The translations under genes were made by a program, and so were the position numbers. The notes beneath the pieces were generated by a model. The model saw only the letters and a list, made by a program, of their open reading frames with translations, was not told the origin of the DNA and did not search any database. Shown here piece after piece: positions 62,801-64,000 of a DNA stretch of 64,000 nt. How positions within the stretch are numbered: the first letter of the stretch is position 1; each line of letters starts with the position of its first letter. The stretch spans positions 25,606,001 through 25,670,000 of the forward strand of contig JBHGNT010000001.1 in assembly GCA_043228905.1 (NCBI GenBank), given 5' to 3'. Source of the stretch: Azolla caroliniana. Its lineage: Eukaryota; Plantae; Polypodiophyta.

Positions 62801-63117
62801 CAGCGCGAGCCTCCCGAAAACTTGCAGAGAAGACCGATGGAGAACGAACAGGGGAGAAGCCTTCGGTTTCGGTCCCACCGCACTTCCTCCTCCTCAAAAT
62901 AATAATATATCCCTTTCACGTTGCGTCTCCCTCTCTTTTATAGCTTGAAGAAGGGAGTCGTTTCCCTCATTAAATTCCTACCTACCGAATCTAACTACCT
63001 AGGATATACCTTTGTACCTAATTCTCTATTATATACATTAAAGGGCGTGCACGCGTGAAGAGCCGGTTCATGTGCGCTATGCACCGATTGCGCTAAGGGA
63101 CGGTTTTCTTCACGACA
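56859..63117 (-). mobile_element. Near-complete decayed family W element lacking its 3' LTR (5' LTR 62462-63117, PBS 62440-62457)
   Basis: gag, protease, frameshift site (60336-60342), RT, RNase H and integrase fragments appear in order. The LTR is the same type as 44434-45089. Confidence 0.9.
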
Positions 63118-64000
63118 CCGTGACCGACCCGCAGATGTTCGTCATCGTGGAGATGGGCTCTACCTTTGCCAGACACGGTTTCCTACCGTAAGGCCCGCAC
63201 AGGTGTCCGACCACCAAGATCTCCGATTGTCCGAGGGCCGACTTTTCCCCGGAGAAGGTGAGCCTCACGCGCTCTAGTCTCTACAGCACCTTCTCGCAGT
63301 CATCGATGTGGGACGCCACGAATTTCTGACATCCGTCCGGCCCGATTGCCTCGTCCCTTTTCTGCACCGGGCATCCCTTGATCAGGATGTCGTCTAAGAA
63401 CGGCATGGTTATGTCCGGGATACAATCCTTGAGCACTTTGTTCATCGTGTTCACCATGTGAGCCACTGAGTTCGTCCCTCCTTGTGGCAGGGTACACATC
63501 CGCACTAAGCCGAGAGGAGTCCGCATCGTCGTAATGTCTCTGCTCTCCATGGCTTGTTGGAACTGATCGTACCCCGAGTACAGATCACCGACAAAATAGA
63601 TCGACCTTCCAGCGAAGGCCTCCGCGAACTCGTCTATGGTCGGTCCGATCCCTGCATTATGGATGGTCACCTTGTTGACCGGTTGTAGGTCCTGGATGAA
63701 GTGCAGCATGTCGTTCTTCTTCGGCACCGTAAACCACCGATTCTAATACGGGGCACTCGACGGTTCGAGGATGCCCATCTCCACCTTTTGCTTCAGAAGC
63801 TCCATCAACTTCGGGATGTGAGCTCTCGGCACCGGAATCGGTGAAGTGCTGGTCGATCTCAACATCGCCGATTTTCACCCGTACGTTCGGGCAAGCCCCA
63901 TGTAGTTCTTCCGTGGTGCGCGTCGCTACCCGTATCTTCCAGCCATGCTTGGTGTTGATCAGCCATTTACCTTTCTTGTAGAAATCCATGGACATCAGGT
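63118..64000 (-). pseudogene. Family W RT fragment fused by deletion (~63840) to a protease fragment; runs off the window
   Basis: ORFs 63281-63727 and 63657-63995. Confidence 0.85.

Noticed and set aside
36-63995. Hundreds of short overlapping or antisense ORFs (for example 37110-38045, 38151-38927, 60968-62068)
   Set aside because: They are shadow frames of GC-rich gag/pol or LTR sequence with no independent motifs. Their recurrence reflects repeated elements.

Overview
This window contains no host genes. It is a deeply nested island of plant LTR retrotransposons. A non-seed plant such as a moss is likely, inferred from a Tcn1-type chromovirus plus plant tRNA-Trp and tRNA-iMet primer sites. 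Contents: (1) many copies of a GC-rich, chromodomain-less Ty3/Gypsy group ('family W') primed by tRNA-Trp. One copy is intact and very young (34590-41751, minus strand, two 716-bp LTRs with no difference I could see), and there are gag-only non-autonomous relatives. (2) An Athila/OTA-like Gypsy (6898-16820) with a decayed ~930-codon extra ORF and no visible PPT. (3) A self-priming Tcn1/Tf1-like chromovirus (16823-22571). (4) Three Ty1/Copia remnants. The most notable signals are in family W. It makes 4-bp TSDs, and all 7 scorable insertion sites are centred on CpG. Gag and protease form ORF1, with pol reached through a -1 slippery site and pseudoknot. The protease motif is DHG. A covarying hairpin with a palindromic loop next to the PPT is kept even by the gag-only element. 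Everything was read by eye; no alignment, folding or database search was run.
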